From a virus (Duplodnaviria > Heunggongvirae > Uroviricota > Caudoviricetes): 64,000 bases of DNA. Shown piece by piece: positions 9,774 through 18,045 of this stretch. Made by a program: the position numbers and the translations under genes. Within the stretch, counting starts at the first letter, position 1; each line of letters begins with the position of its first letter. Below the pieces are notes generated by a model that was not told the DNA's origin, did no database searches, and saw only the letters and a list, made by a program, of their open reading frames with translations. The stretch lies in IMG/VR virus record IMGVR_UViG_3300033120_000611. One strand, 5' to 3'.

Positions 9774-10141
9774 GACGATTTTTTTAGTGGTAAATAAAAA
9801 TCACTCCCTCAAAGATTTAACTTTGTACGATGTAGCCGTACCACTTTCGTAGACGGGAGTGATTAAACTGTATAAGAAGAGTAAACCAATTAGGTACATG
9901 TACTAACAACTCTTAGGCCTAGGGCTATGTTGAAAGCTATCCTCTCCAGTAGGCGCGTAGTTCTTGGCAACCGCAACCATCATGTTTGTGTAGGCCTGTC
10001 GCACCGGCTATCCGGTAGGCCTTACATAAGTAGGTGTACAACGATGAGACATGGTCGTACCTCCCCCACTTGATCAACTTCCCCAACAAACTTGTAATCC
10101 CTACAAGAAACAAATGGGAATGAATATAATTTGTTATTATT

Positions 10142-10555
10142 TTACTCTACGCCAGTAATCTCATTCTGTTCAGCATCTGGAATGTTGGCTGCTTCAATGT
10201 TACTCTCGCTTAAGTAATGCACTGCATCACTAAGAGTATCACTTGACGTTAAATATTTCCGGAATTGATCTATAGTATAAGTACGCGGCATAGGTAGGCC
10301 CAACCTTTCGTGGTCTGATATCTCATCAAGCTTATTGATGGTGAGCTGGAGTTTGAAGAATGTTACATTATTGACTACAACTAAGACTGGCCTGTCCCAA
10401 AAGGCAAATACTGCTACGGGATTAGTCTTCTGAGTTGATACAATAAGGACATCAGCATTCTCCGGATCATCTACTCTTGGCCTGATAAACCATACCATGT
10501 TGGGATAGATTTTATGTAGGAACCATCCGATCCTTTCGAGTTGTTCTGTGTACAT
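10142..10555 (-). CDS. hypothetical protein
   Basis: 137-aa ORF. Confidence 0.45.
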   Translation of the reverse strand: MYTEQLERIGWFLHKIYPNMVWFIRPRVDDPENADVLIVSTQKTNPVAVFAFWDRPVLVVVNNVTFFKLQLTINKLDEISDHERLGLPMPRTYTIDQFRKYLTSSDTLSDAVHYLSESNIEAANIPDAEQNEITGVE

Positions 10556-10566
10556 TTTATGTCAGT

Positions 10567-10893
10567 TTAAAATAATGCTGTTACTTCTAAGTTATGGTAG
10601 GATTTAGCTAGGTGGCTATTAGGATCTGTTATAGCATTATAGTTCTCCATATAATAGCCATGATTAGACCTATTTTTATGAATCTCTTGTGCTGCTTCAC
10701 AGAATTGTGAGTATGAAAGCTCTGTGGGAGTTTCTTCCCATGTTTGGTATGATGGTGGTACAAACTCACCTGGATTGATTAGCCTTTGGAGCTCATTTTC
10801 AATCCAGGTTTTGTCTGTTGATACTACTTCGATAGAGCCAGGAATACCAGTAGGCACGCCTTTAGGCTTTCTCAATATTATGTGAACTCTCAT
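10567..10893 (-). CDS. hypothetical protein
   Basis: 108-aa ORF. Confidence 0.4.
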   Translation of the reverse strand: MRVHIILRKPKGVPTGIPGSIEVVSTDKTWIENELQRLINPGEFVPPSYQTWEETPTELSYSQFCEAAQEIHKNRSNHGYYMENYNAITDPNSHLAKSYHNLEVTALF

Positions 10894-10894
10894 A

Positions 10895-11260
10895 CTAATG
10901 AGGATGAACAGTTATAGATTGATCACCACCAACTACTTCAAAGTCCTGACTATTATTATAGATTGGAGCTATTGGAGAGTTATTCACAGTACGATACGCT
11001 CTATAGGACAAAGTATAATGTCCAGTAGGTACATTTCCCATATCAAATACCCTTGTATCATACACAAGACCATCTTGTTGAGAGATGGTTTGTGACTGAG
11101 AAAGAGTCACTATAGCCTCATAAGGCTGAGTGAACTTGGTTGATGCATCTACTTTGACATATACATGTCCAGTAGAGTTTGAAGTTTTTGAGCATCCTGT
11201 TGCCTGTATAAGACAACCTACGAGGATAATGGCTACTATGAGCCAGATAAATTTTTTCAT
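10895..11260 (-). CDS. lipoprotein
   Basis: Signal peptide with lipobox (MKKFIWLIVAIILVGCLIQATGCSK). 121 aa. Confidence 0.55.
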   Translation of the reverse strand: MKKFIWLIVAIILVGCLIQATGCSKTSNSTGHVYVKVDASTKFTQPYEAIVTLSQSQTISQQDGLVYDTRVFDMGNVPTGHYTLSYRAYRTVNNSPIAPIYNNSQDFEVVGGDQSITVHPH

Positions 11261-11463
11261 CGTCTTGAGTTTTTATTATTAGGAATTAGTTTACAATCTT
11301 TTTGGAGTATTTCATCTTTCTCGATAAGCATTCTCCCTGCTTGTATTAGCCATTTTCCAGCTTCTTCTGGGTCGCCTTCATCTAGCTGTATTCTAGCACG
11401 CTTATATCCTTCAGATAGTATCTCATTAAAGGATAGCTCTCTTAATTCTTTCTGGATATCCAT
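11257..11463 (-). CDS. small hypothetical protein
   Basis: 68 aa; overlaps the downstream gene by 4 nt. Confidence 0.4.
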   Translation of the reverse strand: MDIQKELRELSFNEILSEGYKRARIQLDEGDPEEAGKWLIQAGRMLIEKDEILQKDCKLIPNNKNSRR

Positions 11464-11473
11464 ATGCTAGAAT

Positions 11474-11689
11474 TTAATCGGTCATTGAATCACCTATACC
11501 TTTATACAAAGTAACAGCATCAATAGGACCTACTACCATAACTGAATCTTCAGCTATAACTACATCAGTTTGATCAGCTATAGATAATAACTGATTAATG
11601 GTAGATGCTAGTGTAGTCATCTTATCTACAGCCTCTTGACTAGTGTTTGGTATAGTATCAAGGACATATTTGATCTTTGGAGTTGACAT
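11474..11689 (-). CDS. small hypothetical protein
   Basis: I trimmed the start to the internal ATG (MSTPKIKYV...) that follows the upstream motif and avoids a 50-nt overlap with 11700-11966. Confidence 0.4.
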   Translation of the reverse strand: MSTPKIKYVLDTIPNTSQEAVDKMTTLASTINQLLSIADQTDVVIAEDSVMVVGPIDAVTLYKGIGDSMTD

Positions 11690-11699
11690 ATAATAGAGT

Positions 11700-11966
11700 T
11701 TAGATTTGTTGAAATCCTTCTGAGCTAAGTCTAACCTTAAGCTCTCCATTTGATTGTCCTATCAGTGACACACGTTCTCTTTGATCTACCCAGCTTTCAG
11801 CCTGTTGTATAAGATCATTAATAACATGTATAGCATCAGCTTCAGTAGCAGATTTCTCTATTGAAAAGTTAGCCGCTCCAGTATGACTCAGCTGTACTTT
11901 AATAGGTTCACCAAAAATTACCTGAATTAAAAAGGGATAACCCTTATACTGAATAGTCTTTTTCAT
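11700..11966 (-). CDS. hypothetical protein
   Basis: 88 aa. Upstream motif TTAACTCAAAACAAAACAAAG-ATG. Confidence 0.5.
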   Translation of the reverse strand: MKKTIQYKGYPFLIQVIFGEPIKVQLSHTGAANFSIEKSATEADAIHVINDLIQQAESWVDQRERVSLIGQSNGELKVRLSSEGFQQI

Positions 11967-12460
11967 CTTTGTTTTGTTTTGAGTTAAATTTTATGCCCTC
12001 TGCACTCTATGTAGCCTGTGGATTACTCCTGGAATTTTATTCCTCGCTACATAGCCTACCCTTGGGAAGCTAGATAACTCCAGTAAGTTCAATGATACGC
12101 AATTGCTACATTGACTATTTAATCACACTTGCAAGCGATTAGTGATCTGGTTTATTAACTAGGAGGTTTCTAAGCCTCTAGGTTGTGGTGCATTACATTG
12201 TGTGGTAGGATCGTCCTACATCTTCCGTCATCATCAAGTGGTGCCTTTTGCAATTACGTATATTGGAATTCTAATCGGTTTCCATCTAAAATTCCTTGCA
12301 GTTACACTCTAACCTTCGACTTCATGAGACAGCAGCTCTATTCTTGAGCTACACACAATACGATTAACTTATGCCTAAGTCTAATCGATATTTAAAAAGT
12401 ATTTGAGTACCCCGGCGAAGAAAGCGTAAACTCCGCCAGGGATTGAAACTCAAAACATCT

Positions 12461-12832
12461 TTATATTTGAACAGGTTTATATCCTTTCTTAGCCCAGTGA
12501 TCTATTAGAGCAAAGTATGGCTTCAGATAGTATTGAGCATCTTTTACGTGCCTTATCTGATCATCTTCAGATTCATATCCAAGGCCTATTACTTGTACAG
12601 CCCATAGAGTACATTTTACATTAGACCAACCAGTAGTATAGTGAGAATTAGGCGTAGCTATAGCAGCTCCTATTGTATCAAACCAATTCGCACCAAGCTC
12701 ACTTACTGTTGGAGTAGCATATGATGTTTCATGGACTTGTTTACCCCAGAATGCTGCAGCTTCCCTATCTAACTCATGTAGAGGAATAGGATGATCTACA
12801 CTATTTGTGATTTGAAATGAATTAAATGACAT
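12461..12832 (-). CDS. hypothetical protein
   Basis: 123 aa. Upstream motif TTAACTCAAAACAAAATTGCT-ATG. Confidence 0.5.
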   Translation of the reverse strand: MSFNSFQITNSVDHPIPLHELDREAAAFWGKQVHETSYATPTVSELGANWFDTIGAAIATPNSHYTTGWSNVKCTLWAVQVIGLGYESEDDQIRHVKDAQYYLKPYFALIDHWAKKGYKPVQI

Positions 12833-12954
12833 AGCAATTTTGTTTTGAGTTAATTAAAATAGTAAACACCCGGGGATATGCTGCCCCTACAGCCATGGTT
12901 AGCTGGTGTTTTGAGTCTATAAATAAAAGAACAACAGAGCAAGAACGTTAGTCC

Positions 12955-13137
12955 TTAGCCATTGCTGCAAGTAGCACGGCATGCAGGACGATTGTCGAGG
13001 CAGCAGTTAGATACAGGCTTTTTAGGCGTCATATCCTGACATGCAGCACCACAACCACCGGCAAAAGCGAATTGGCCACCAGAGATAGGAGCAGCAGAGT
13101 TGATCTTTCCCATCAGGTAATTTACGAGTGAGCGCAT
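12955..13137 (-). CDS. Cys-rich small peptide with a double-glycine-type leader (bacteriocin/microcin-like precursor architecture)
   Basis: 60 aa: a leader MRSLVNYLMGKINSAAPISGG, then a core QFAFAGGCGAACQDMTPKKPVSNCCLDNRPACRATCSNG with 6 Cys. Upstream motif present. Confidence 0.4.
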   Translation of the reverse strand: MRSLVNYLMGKINSAAPISGGQFAFAGGCGAACQDMTPKKPVSNCCLDNRPACRATCSNG

Positions 13138-13646
13138 AGCAATTTGATTTTATGTGATAAAAAAATGAAAACAAGTCTTATTGCTGACAATACGTTATCA
13201 GCCGGTACGAGATAGTTATTAGTAATATCCACTCTCATGTATGTCGTATTTGTGAGGCCCCATATCTTAGGATCTGGTTGTTCACCAAATTCTTCGATGT
13301 ATATATCTGTGGTATGATCGTAGGAGTCTACAGAGGCTCCATGCGTACGATCTGGCGAATGATTAATCATCCTACCAGCATACTCAGCACAGAAATTAGT
13401 ATAGTCCACTGTATAGAGAATGTGTTGATGCCAAACCTGGTCAATCTTATCAGAGGGAGCTACTTTACCATATTCGATAGCTAAATACATGAACTTCTTG
13501 TACTCATCTATTATATCTAAAGTCTCCTGCATAGTCCAGCCATTAGCTATAGCTAGTTTCTCTTCAAATCTTTTTCCGGGATGTACATCATACCCTGCAT
13601 CAAAGCTATAAGCCTTAATGTTCTCATATAATGTCAGATTTTTCAT
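13122..13646 (-). CDS. hypothetical protein
   Basis: 174-aa ORF with a WHQHIL motif. No confident family. Confidence 0.45.
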   Translation of the reverse strand: MKNLTLYENIKAYSFDAGYDVHPGKRFEEKLAIANGWTMQETLDIIDEYKKFMYLAIEYGKVAPSDKIDQVWHQHILYTVDYTNFCAEYAGRMINHSPDRTHGASVDSYDHTTDIYIEEFGEQPDPKIWGLTNTTYMRVDITNNYLVPADNVLSAIRLVFIFLSHKIKLLCAHS

Positions 13647-14050
13647 GGCTGCTCGTAATCTCTTAGTAGTTCGAATTCAGCATAGTCTTTGAAAGCTGCA
13701 CCAGGTATGATAGGCTTAAGAGCCACATACATCTTACAGATATCCACGCCATTTTCGTAAAAGGTTTGTTCGAGCTTATTACCGAGGTGTATACAAATCA
13801 ACTCACATGATGTCATCTCATCCAGTCCATGTTTCATGACATTATTGATGATCTTATTATCTATGAGGAATCCCTGGTCATTGAGTTTATTGAGACATGT
13901 AATCTCAACAGTATATTCGTACTGAGAGTGACCTATATCCTTGCACTGATTAGGCGCTTGCAGATCAGTTTCAATAGTACCGAATCTTTTCATCACAAAT
14001 TTCTCAGAGACTGGTGTCCTAGAGATTTTATTATTGAAATGAGTATTCAT
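13643..14050 (-). CDS. hypothetical protein
   Basis: 135-aa ORF with a 4-nt overlap to the next gene. Confidence 0.45.
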   Translation of the reverse strand: MNTHFNNKISRTPVSEKFVMKRFGTIETDLQAPNQCKDIGHSQYEYTVEITCLNKLNDQGFLIDNKIINNVMKHGLDEMTSCELICIHLGNKLEQTFYENGVDICKMYVALKPIIPGAAFKDYAEFELLRDYEQP

Positions 14051-14056
14051 ATACCT

Positions 14057-14275
14057 TTACTTTTTGAGTTTAGGAATTGCTTTGGCCCGGTTGAGTTTCT
14101 TATTCCTCTTGCGTACCTCACGATACTGCTCTATAGAGCTACAGTGATACTTCTGCATCAGTCGCTTCATAGTTTTGGAATAGCCATAAGCTTCTTTGAA
14201 AAGCTTGCCCTTGGACTTCTTAGGGACTTTTTCATCAGATGTTGATTTCTCAACTACTTCATCAGGAGTATTCAT
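14057..14275 (-). CDS. small highly basic protein (possible nucleic-acid-binding)
   Basis: 72 aa, K/R-rich (KKSKGKLFKEAYGYSKTMKRLMQKY...RKRNKKLNRAKAIPKLKK). Confidence 0.4.
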   Translation of the reverse strand: MNTPDEVVEKSTSDEKVPKKSKGKLFKEAYGYSKTMKRLMQKYHCSSIEQYREVRKRNKKLNRAKAIPKLKK

Positions 14276-14302
14276 CTTTGATTTTTATGATTGGTTATTA
14301 AA

Positions 14303-14680
14303 TTATTTGAAGAGATCTGTGATATCGATGGTATTCATAACATTAGAAAGTTTAAACACATACTGATGCTCACCAGTTAAAACCGATTTAGCTTCAATAG
14401 CTAATATTCTAAAACCCATTGATAGTATAAGCTTAAGCTCATCCTTCTTGATCCAGTCTGATATCTCCTTGATAGACTTAAAGGCAGATAGATGTAATCC
14501 AGGTTGGAAATCATCCCCAATACCTTTATCTTTCCATGGAACAGGAAATCCAGTCTTGTGTCTATGAATCATGTCTTGTAACTTAGCAACATTTCTAATT
14601 TTACTATTTCCACATACTTGAGAATGGAATAAACCATACCCATCATCTGGATGTTGTATACGTATCATTACAGTTTCCAT
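14303..14680 (-). CDS. hypothetical protein, tandem paralog 1
   Basis: 125 aa. Begins M-x-x-x-IRI-HP-DG-G-F and ends IDIT-LF, matching the adjacent gene. Confidence 0.5.
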   Translation of the reverse strand: METVMIRIQHPDDGYGLFHSQVCGNSKIRNVAKLQDMIHRHKTGFPVPWKDKGIGDDFQPGLHLSAFKSIKEISDWIKKDELKLILSMGFRILAIEAKSVLTGEHQYVFKLSNVMNTIDITDLFK

Positions 14681-14683
14681 ATA

Positions 14684-15055
14684 CTAAGTAATAAATTCAT
14701 TTGTAATGTCGATCTTACTTAGAATATCATCTTTCCGGAATGCTACTTGCTGCTGACCTATAATGGCATTATCCACAGATATAGAATATATCTTGAAACC
14801 TCTATCCACTATCGCCTTAAAGCCATTAGGATAGAATCCCTTGAATTGTTCCACATCTTTATAGGCACAATAATGATCATCAGTGCAACCTGGACAGTCC
14901 TCAACAAGATTTAACTTATTGGGAAGAGCATACCCATCTAAAGCTTTACTAAAATCATTTTGAGCAATAGCATCAAAAATGGAAAAACCATATGTAGAAT
15001 TGAACACCCCTTGTCCGTCCTCAGGATGCTCAATTCTTATTAGACCTTGCTCCAT
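14684..15055 (-). CDS. hypothetical protein, tandem paralog 2
   Basis: 123 aa. Same N- and C-terminal signatures as 14303-14680 (MEQGLIRIEHPEDGQGVF...KIDITNEF). Confidence 0.5.
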   Translation of the reverse strand: MEQGLIRIEHPEDGQGVFNSTYGFSIFDAIAQNDFSKALDGYALPNKLNLVEDCPGCTDDHYCAYKDVEQFKGFYPNGFKAIVDRGFKIYSISVDNAIIGQQQVAFRKDDILSKIDITNEFIT

Positions 15056-15057
15056 AG

Positions 15058-15429
15058 CTACTGATTATCGTTTATTATAATAGTTGCTAGACTTGTATCA
15101 TCATTCCACCTACATGATCCTACTAAACGATCACCATCTAGTACCCACATAGTATCCATATAAATGGATACTTCATAGCTAACAGGATGAGCCGTATTAT
15201 GTTTGTATGGTGGATAAATATGAGCATAGTATCCATGTTCGTTCTGATATGTCTCATCATTGGCTTCCTTTACAGAAACTCCACAAGATACAAGATACAT
15301 AGCATATGTATGTCTCTTATTTACCTCATGAATGCCTTCAAATGATACATCATCCCTATGATCGTATGCTATTGCTAGAGAGAATACCGCTATTGCGATA
15401 ATTACTCCCCAAAAGATTTTTGCTTTCAT
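15058..15429 (-). CDS. secreted or membrane-anchored protein (N-terminal signal peptide)
   Basis: 123 aa; MKAKIFWGVIIAIAVFSLAIAYD is a signal-peptide-like N-terminus. Confidence 0.5.
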   Translation of the reverse strand: MKAKIFWGVIIAIAVFSLAIAYDHRDDVSFEGIHEVNKRHTYAMYLVSCGVSVKEANDETYQNEHGYYAHIYPPYKHNTAHPVSYEVSIYMDTMWVLDGDRLVGSCRWNDDTSLATIIINDNQ

Positions 15430-15455
15430 TGCTGCTTGTTTTTTGAGTTGATTAA

Positions 15456-15725
15456 TTATTCCCTTAGTCCTAAATAGTGAAATGGATCTTGTCCGTAGTC
15501 TTCATGCTCATTATCCGGCCCATTATCATCATCCGGAAATGCCTTATCCCACTCCTCATCTGTTATTCCGGTGAGAATGAATTCTCTTTCACCAGCAGTC
15601 AGATTAGGGAAGATTTGTTGTATGTTCTCATTACCTTTGAGATATCTATCCCACTGCTCCTGAGTTATATCGAGTTCCAGAGATCTAGTTATATTAGAAA
15701 TCTGTGATGTACGTGTGATTGTCAT
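15456..15725 (-). CDS. small acidic hypothetical protein
   Basis: 89-aa ORF. Confidence 0.4.
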   Translation of the reverse strand: MTITRTSQISNITRSLELDITQEQWDRYLKGNENIQQIFPNLTAGEREFILTGITDEEWDKAFPDDDNGPDNEHEDYGQDPFHYLGLRE

Positions 15726-15736
15726 TATGCTATAAT

Positions 15737-15949
15737 TTAGTCAGTGAAATGATCCTGGATAAATCCTCTGAAGTAAGCCTTAAACTCTTCTGGGAGTTCA
15801 GATGCTTCTAAATGAGATAACACAATGAATTGAGGAAACTCTGGATGATTCTCAGCTGCTCTGGTATATCCAAAGTGTGTGAGATAGTCCTTGATATTCT
15901 CCTCTGTCAGATGAGGATGCTCTTGTTGAGCTATTAGTAGTGTACTCAT
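15737..15949 (-). CDS. small hypothetical protein
   Basis: 70-aa ORF. Confidence 0.4.
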   Translation of the reverse strand: MSTLLIAQQEHPHLTEENIKDYLTHFGYTRAAENHPEFPQFIVLSHLEASELPEEFKAYFRGFIQDHFTD

Positions 15950-15950
15950 T

Positions 15951-16187
15951 TTAGGGTATCTTTGTCCATTTCTTAACTTCTCTTGCTACAGCAAATATCA
16001 AAGCAAAGATTACGAATGTAAGGGCCGGTTCGTCACCCATTACTATTTGTACCATACTAGATAGTATAATAAGAATAACGAGTGAGCTCAACATCAGAGC
16101 AAATGATGAGATAAAATTAATTACCTCTTTTATAGTGAATGTTCGCATTATGCTATAGTTTAGAGTTTTGATTGGCAATAAGTACAC
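15951..16187 (-). CDS. small membrane protein
   Basis: 78 aa with two hydrophobic helices. Confidence 0.4.
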   Translation of the reverse strand: MYLLPIKTLNYSIMRTFTIKEVINFISSFALMLSSLVILIILSSMVQIVMGDEPALTFVIFALIFAVAREVKKWTKIP

Positions 16188-16417
16188 TTAGGAGCTGGTT
16201 GATCCGGTGCTCCACATCTTTTACAGTCTATCAGGTTCGCCTGAGTCTTGTTCTTACCATTAGAAGGAGAATAAAACACATCACCAATCAGATAAGTTAG
16301 GATAAGGAGTAGAATACTGGGAAGAATAGTTGACAGTGTAATAGTTTCCATAATGCTATAAGTATTAGTTTGGTTTTGAGTAATTTTAAACACATCAGCT
16401 ATCTCCGCTTTTCTCAT
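16160..16417 (-). CDS. small membrane protein with a C-terminal CxxC...CxxC zinc ribbon
   Basis: 85 aa with a TM helix (LSTILPSILLLILTYLIG) and CKRCGAPDQPAPKCTYCQ. Upstream motif present. Confidence 0.45.
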   Translation of the reverse strand: MRKAEIADVFKITQNQTNTYSIMETITLSTILPSILLLILTYLIGDVFYSPSNGKNKTQANLIDCKRCGAPDQPAPKCTYCQSKL

Positions 16418-16757
16418 CTATATCATGTGGTACAATCTAACACATTAATAATCAATTTTTTGAACAAAACATTTAAAACTTGGAGAGAATTAACCCTCCA
16501 AGCCTAAATTAGTTAGCATTGTTCCACCATTGATCTGCATCAATGTCACGGATGACTACTATTCTGTTCATAATGAATTGATTTATAGTGAGATGATTAA
16601 ATACGAATAGAAAGATAGGAAGGACGAGAGCTTTGAAGCCTGGTCCTGTCCTACCCTATTGCCAAGCGGAGCAATATTGTTTGTCTCCATCGTGTGTGAG
16701 TGTGAGACTAACCTGTTGATTAACAGGCTAATCTCATGACACACATATTAGGAAAAC

Positions 16758-17093
16758 TTAATTCTCTTTAGATAGTCTTGTGAGCATTTCTTCCATAGTC
16801 TCCTCTGTACCATCTTCTCTCTTGAATGTAGGATTGGCTGCAGGCTTCTGGCTATTCATCTGTGCCTTGTACACTATACCACTAGCTATTACTAACAGCT
16901 TAGTAGCAAAGCCTGCTCCCTGTATCTCCCCATCAGTGAGAGTATCATCATCCTGGATGATAGATGCTAAGGCAGCTTTGGAATGTGCTATGATACTCTC
17001 CATGCTCATTGTGTCCAGTAAAGCCATAAGCTTTGGATCTACAGTATGAGGAAGAAGGGATACGATTATTGCTTTTGCGAATTGTTCATGCAT
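16758..17093 (-). CDS. hypothetical protein
   Basis: 111-aa ORF with upstream motif; flanked by about 330-bp noncoding gaps on both sides. Confidence 0.45.
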   Translation of the reverse strand: MHEQFAKAIIVSLLPHTVDPKLMALLDTMSMESIIAHSKAALASIIQDDDTLTDGEIQGAGFATKLLVIASGIVYKAQMNSQKPAANPTFKREDGTEETMEEMLTRLSKEN

Positions 17094-17432
17094 GGCTAAT
17101 ATGTTTTGAGTGTGACCTTAGTTATAACTAAACGCCTTGGGCTTAACACAGTTTATACTCTCCCAAGAGAGTTGAAGATAGGTTAGATAACAGAGACCAC
17201 ATCAGTGGTGCTTTAGCTCTGGTCATTACTGACGAAAGCCAGACTACAAAGATGTATGGACCACAAGCACAGTGTTTCATATCTTTTTGTCTCTATTACC
17301 CAACCATTAGTTCTTCATGTCCAACATGTCAGCCTGAGCCGGATGATCTATCCAGGCCCGGCCAATCATGTCTTAAGCAGCAGTGTATTATAGATTATAG
17401 GACACACGCTAAAGGGGACTAGCCCCTTGGGC

Positions 17433-17744
17433 TTAGTCCTCTATTACCAGCGTACCCTTGCCTCCACCTTGCAGGTTAGGATCATTGGAGTCGTACCAGT
17501 AGCCTTTAGGGCCTACCTTGTATCCTGTCTTCAGAGCGGTAAACTCTCCATTCGCTTCGAATGCCTCCTTACGGAAATCATCCCAACGCTCGAGGTTAAC
17601 CATACCTGATGTACCATTCTCCAGCTTGATGACCTTGACAGCAACTGTCAGGTTAGGATAGTTCATCTTTGCATCCTTGATGGAGTCTACATTTCTGTTT
17701 GATCCCGAAGCTATTTTTGCGAGATCGGCGAATTTTAATGCCAT
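17433..17744 (-). CDS. hypothetical protein (103 aa)
   Basis: I trimmed the start to the internal ATG (MALKFADLAKIA...), which is preceded by the conserved motif. The longer track ORF would read through the GGGGTAT repeat region. Confidence 0.45.
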   Translation of the reverse strand: MALKFADLAKIASGSNRNVDSIKDAKMNYPNLTVAVKVIKLENGTSGMVNLERWDDFRKEAFEANGEFTALKTGYKVGPKGYWYDSNDPNLQGGGKGTLVIED

Positions 17745-17776
17745 TGTTGAAAAATTTTGATTAATTAATAAATAGG

Positions 17777-17891
17777 TGGGGATATACCCCGTAGCAAGAT
17801 TTGACGGGGGTAGCAATGAGGAACAGGTTCTATATACCACACGCATGGGGGTATTTTGCTAATAGATAATTTGGACCGGGGTATTGTATAT
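17777..17891. promoter_or_regulatory. divergent switch region with repeated GGGGTAT-type elements (putative operator or iteron sites)
   Basis: Palindrome GGGGATATACCCC (17777-17789), then CGGGGGTAGCAAT, TGGGGGTATTTTGC and CGGGGTATTGTAT, within 115 bp. The region lies between the last minus-strand gene and the first plus-strand genes. Confidence 0.45.
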
Positions 17892-18045
17892 CAGAAGGAA
17901 ATGATTATGTTTGTATAAAATTACAACATGGCTGAACTAAAACATGATTACTTCCTTATAGAGGGAGTTAAGATAGAGATCTACCCGGGTAAGATTCTTA
18001 CTAATCAGGAGGCAGAAATACTTAAAAGATATTTAAAGAAAAATA

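Noticed and set aside
17745-17846. Longer version of ORF 17433-17846 starting at 17846
   Set aside because: It would read through the GGGGTAT repeat or palindrome region. The motif-preceded internal ATG at 17744 is the more plausible start.
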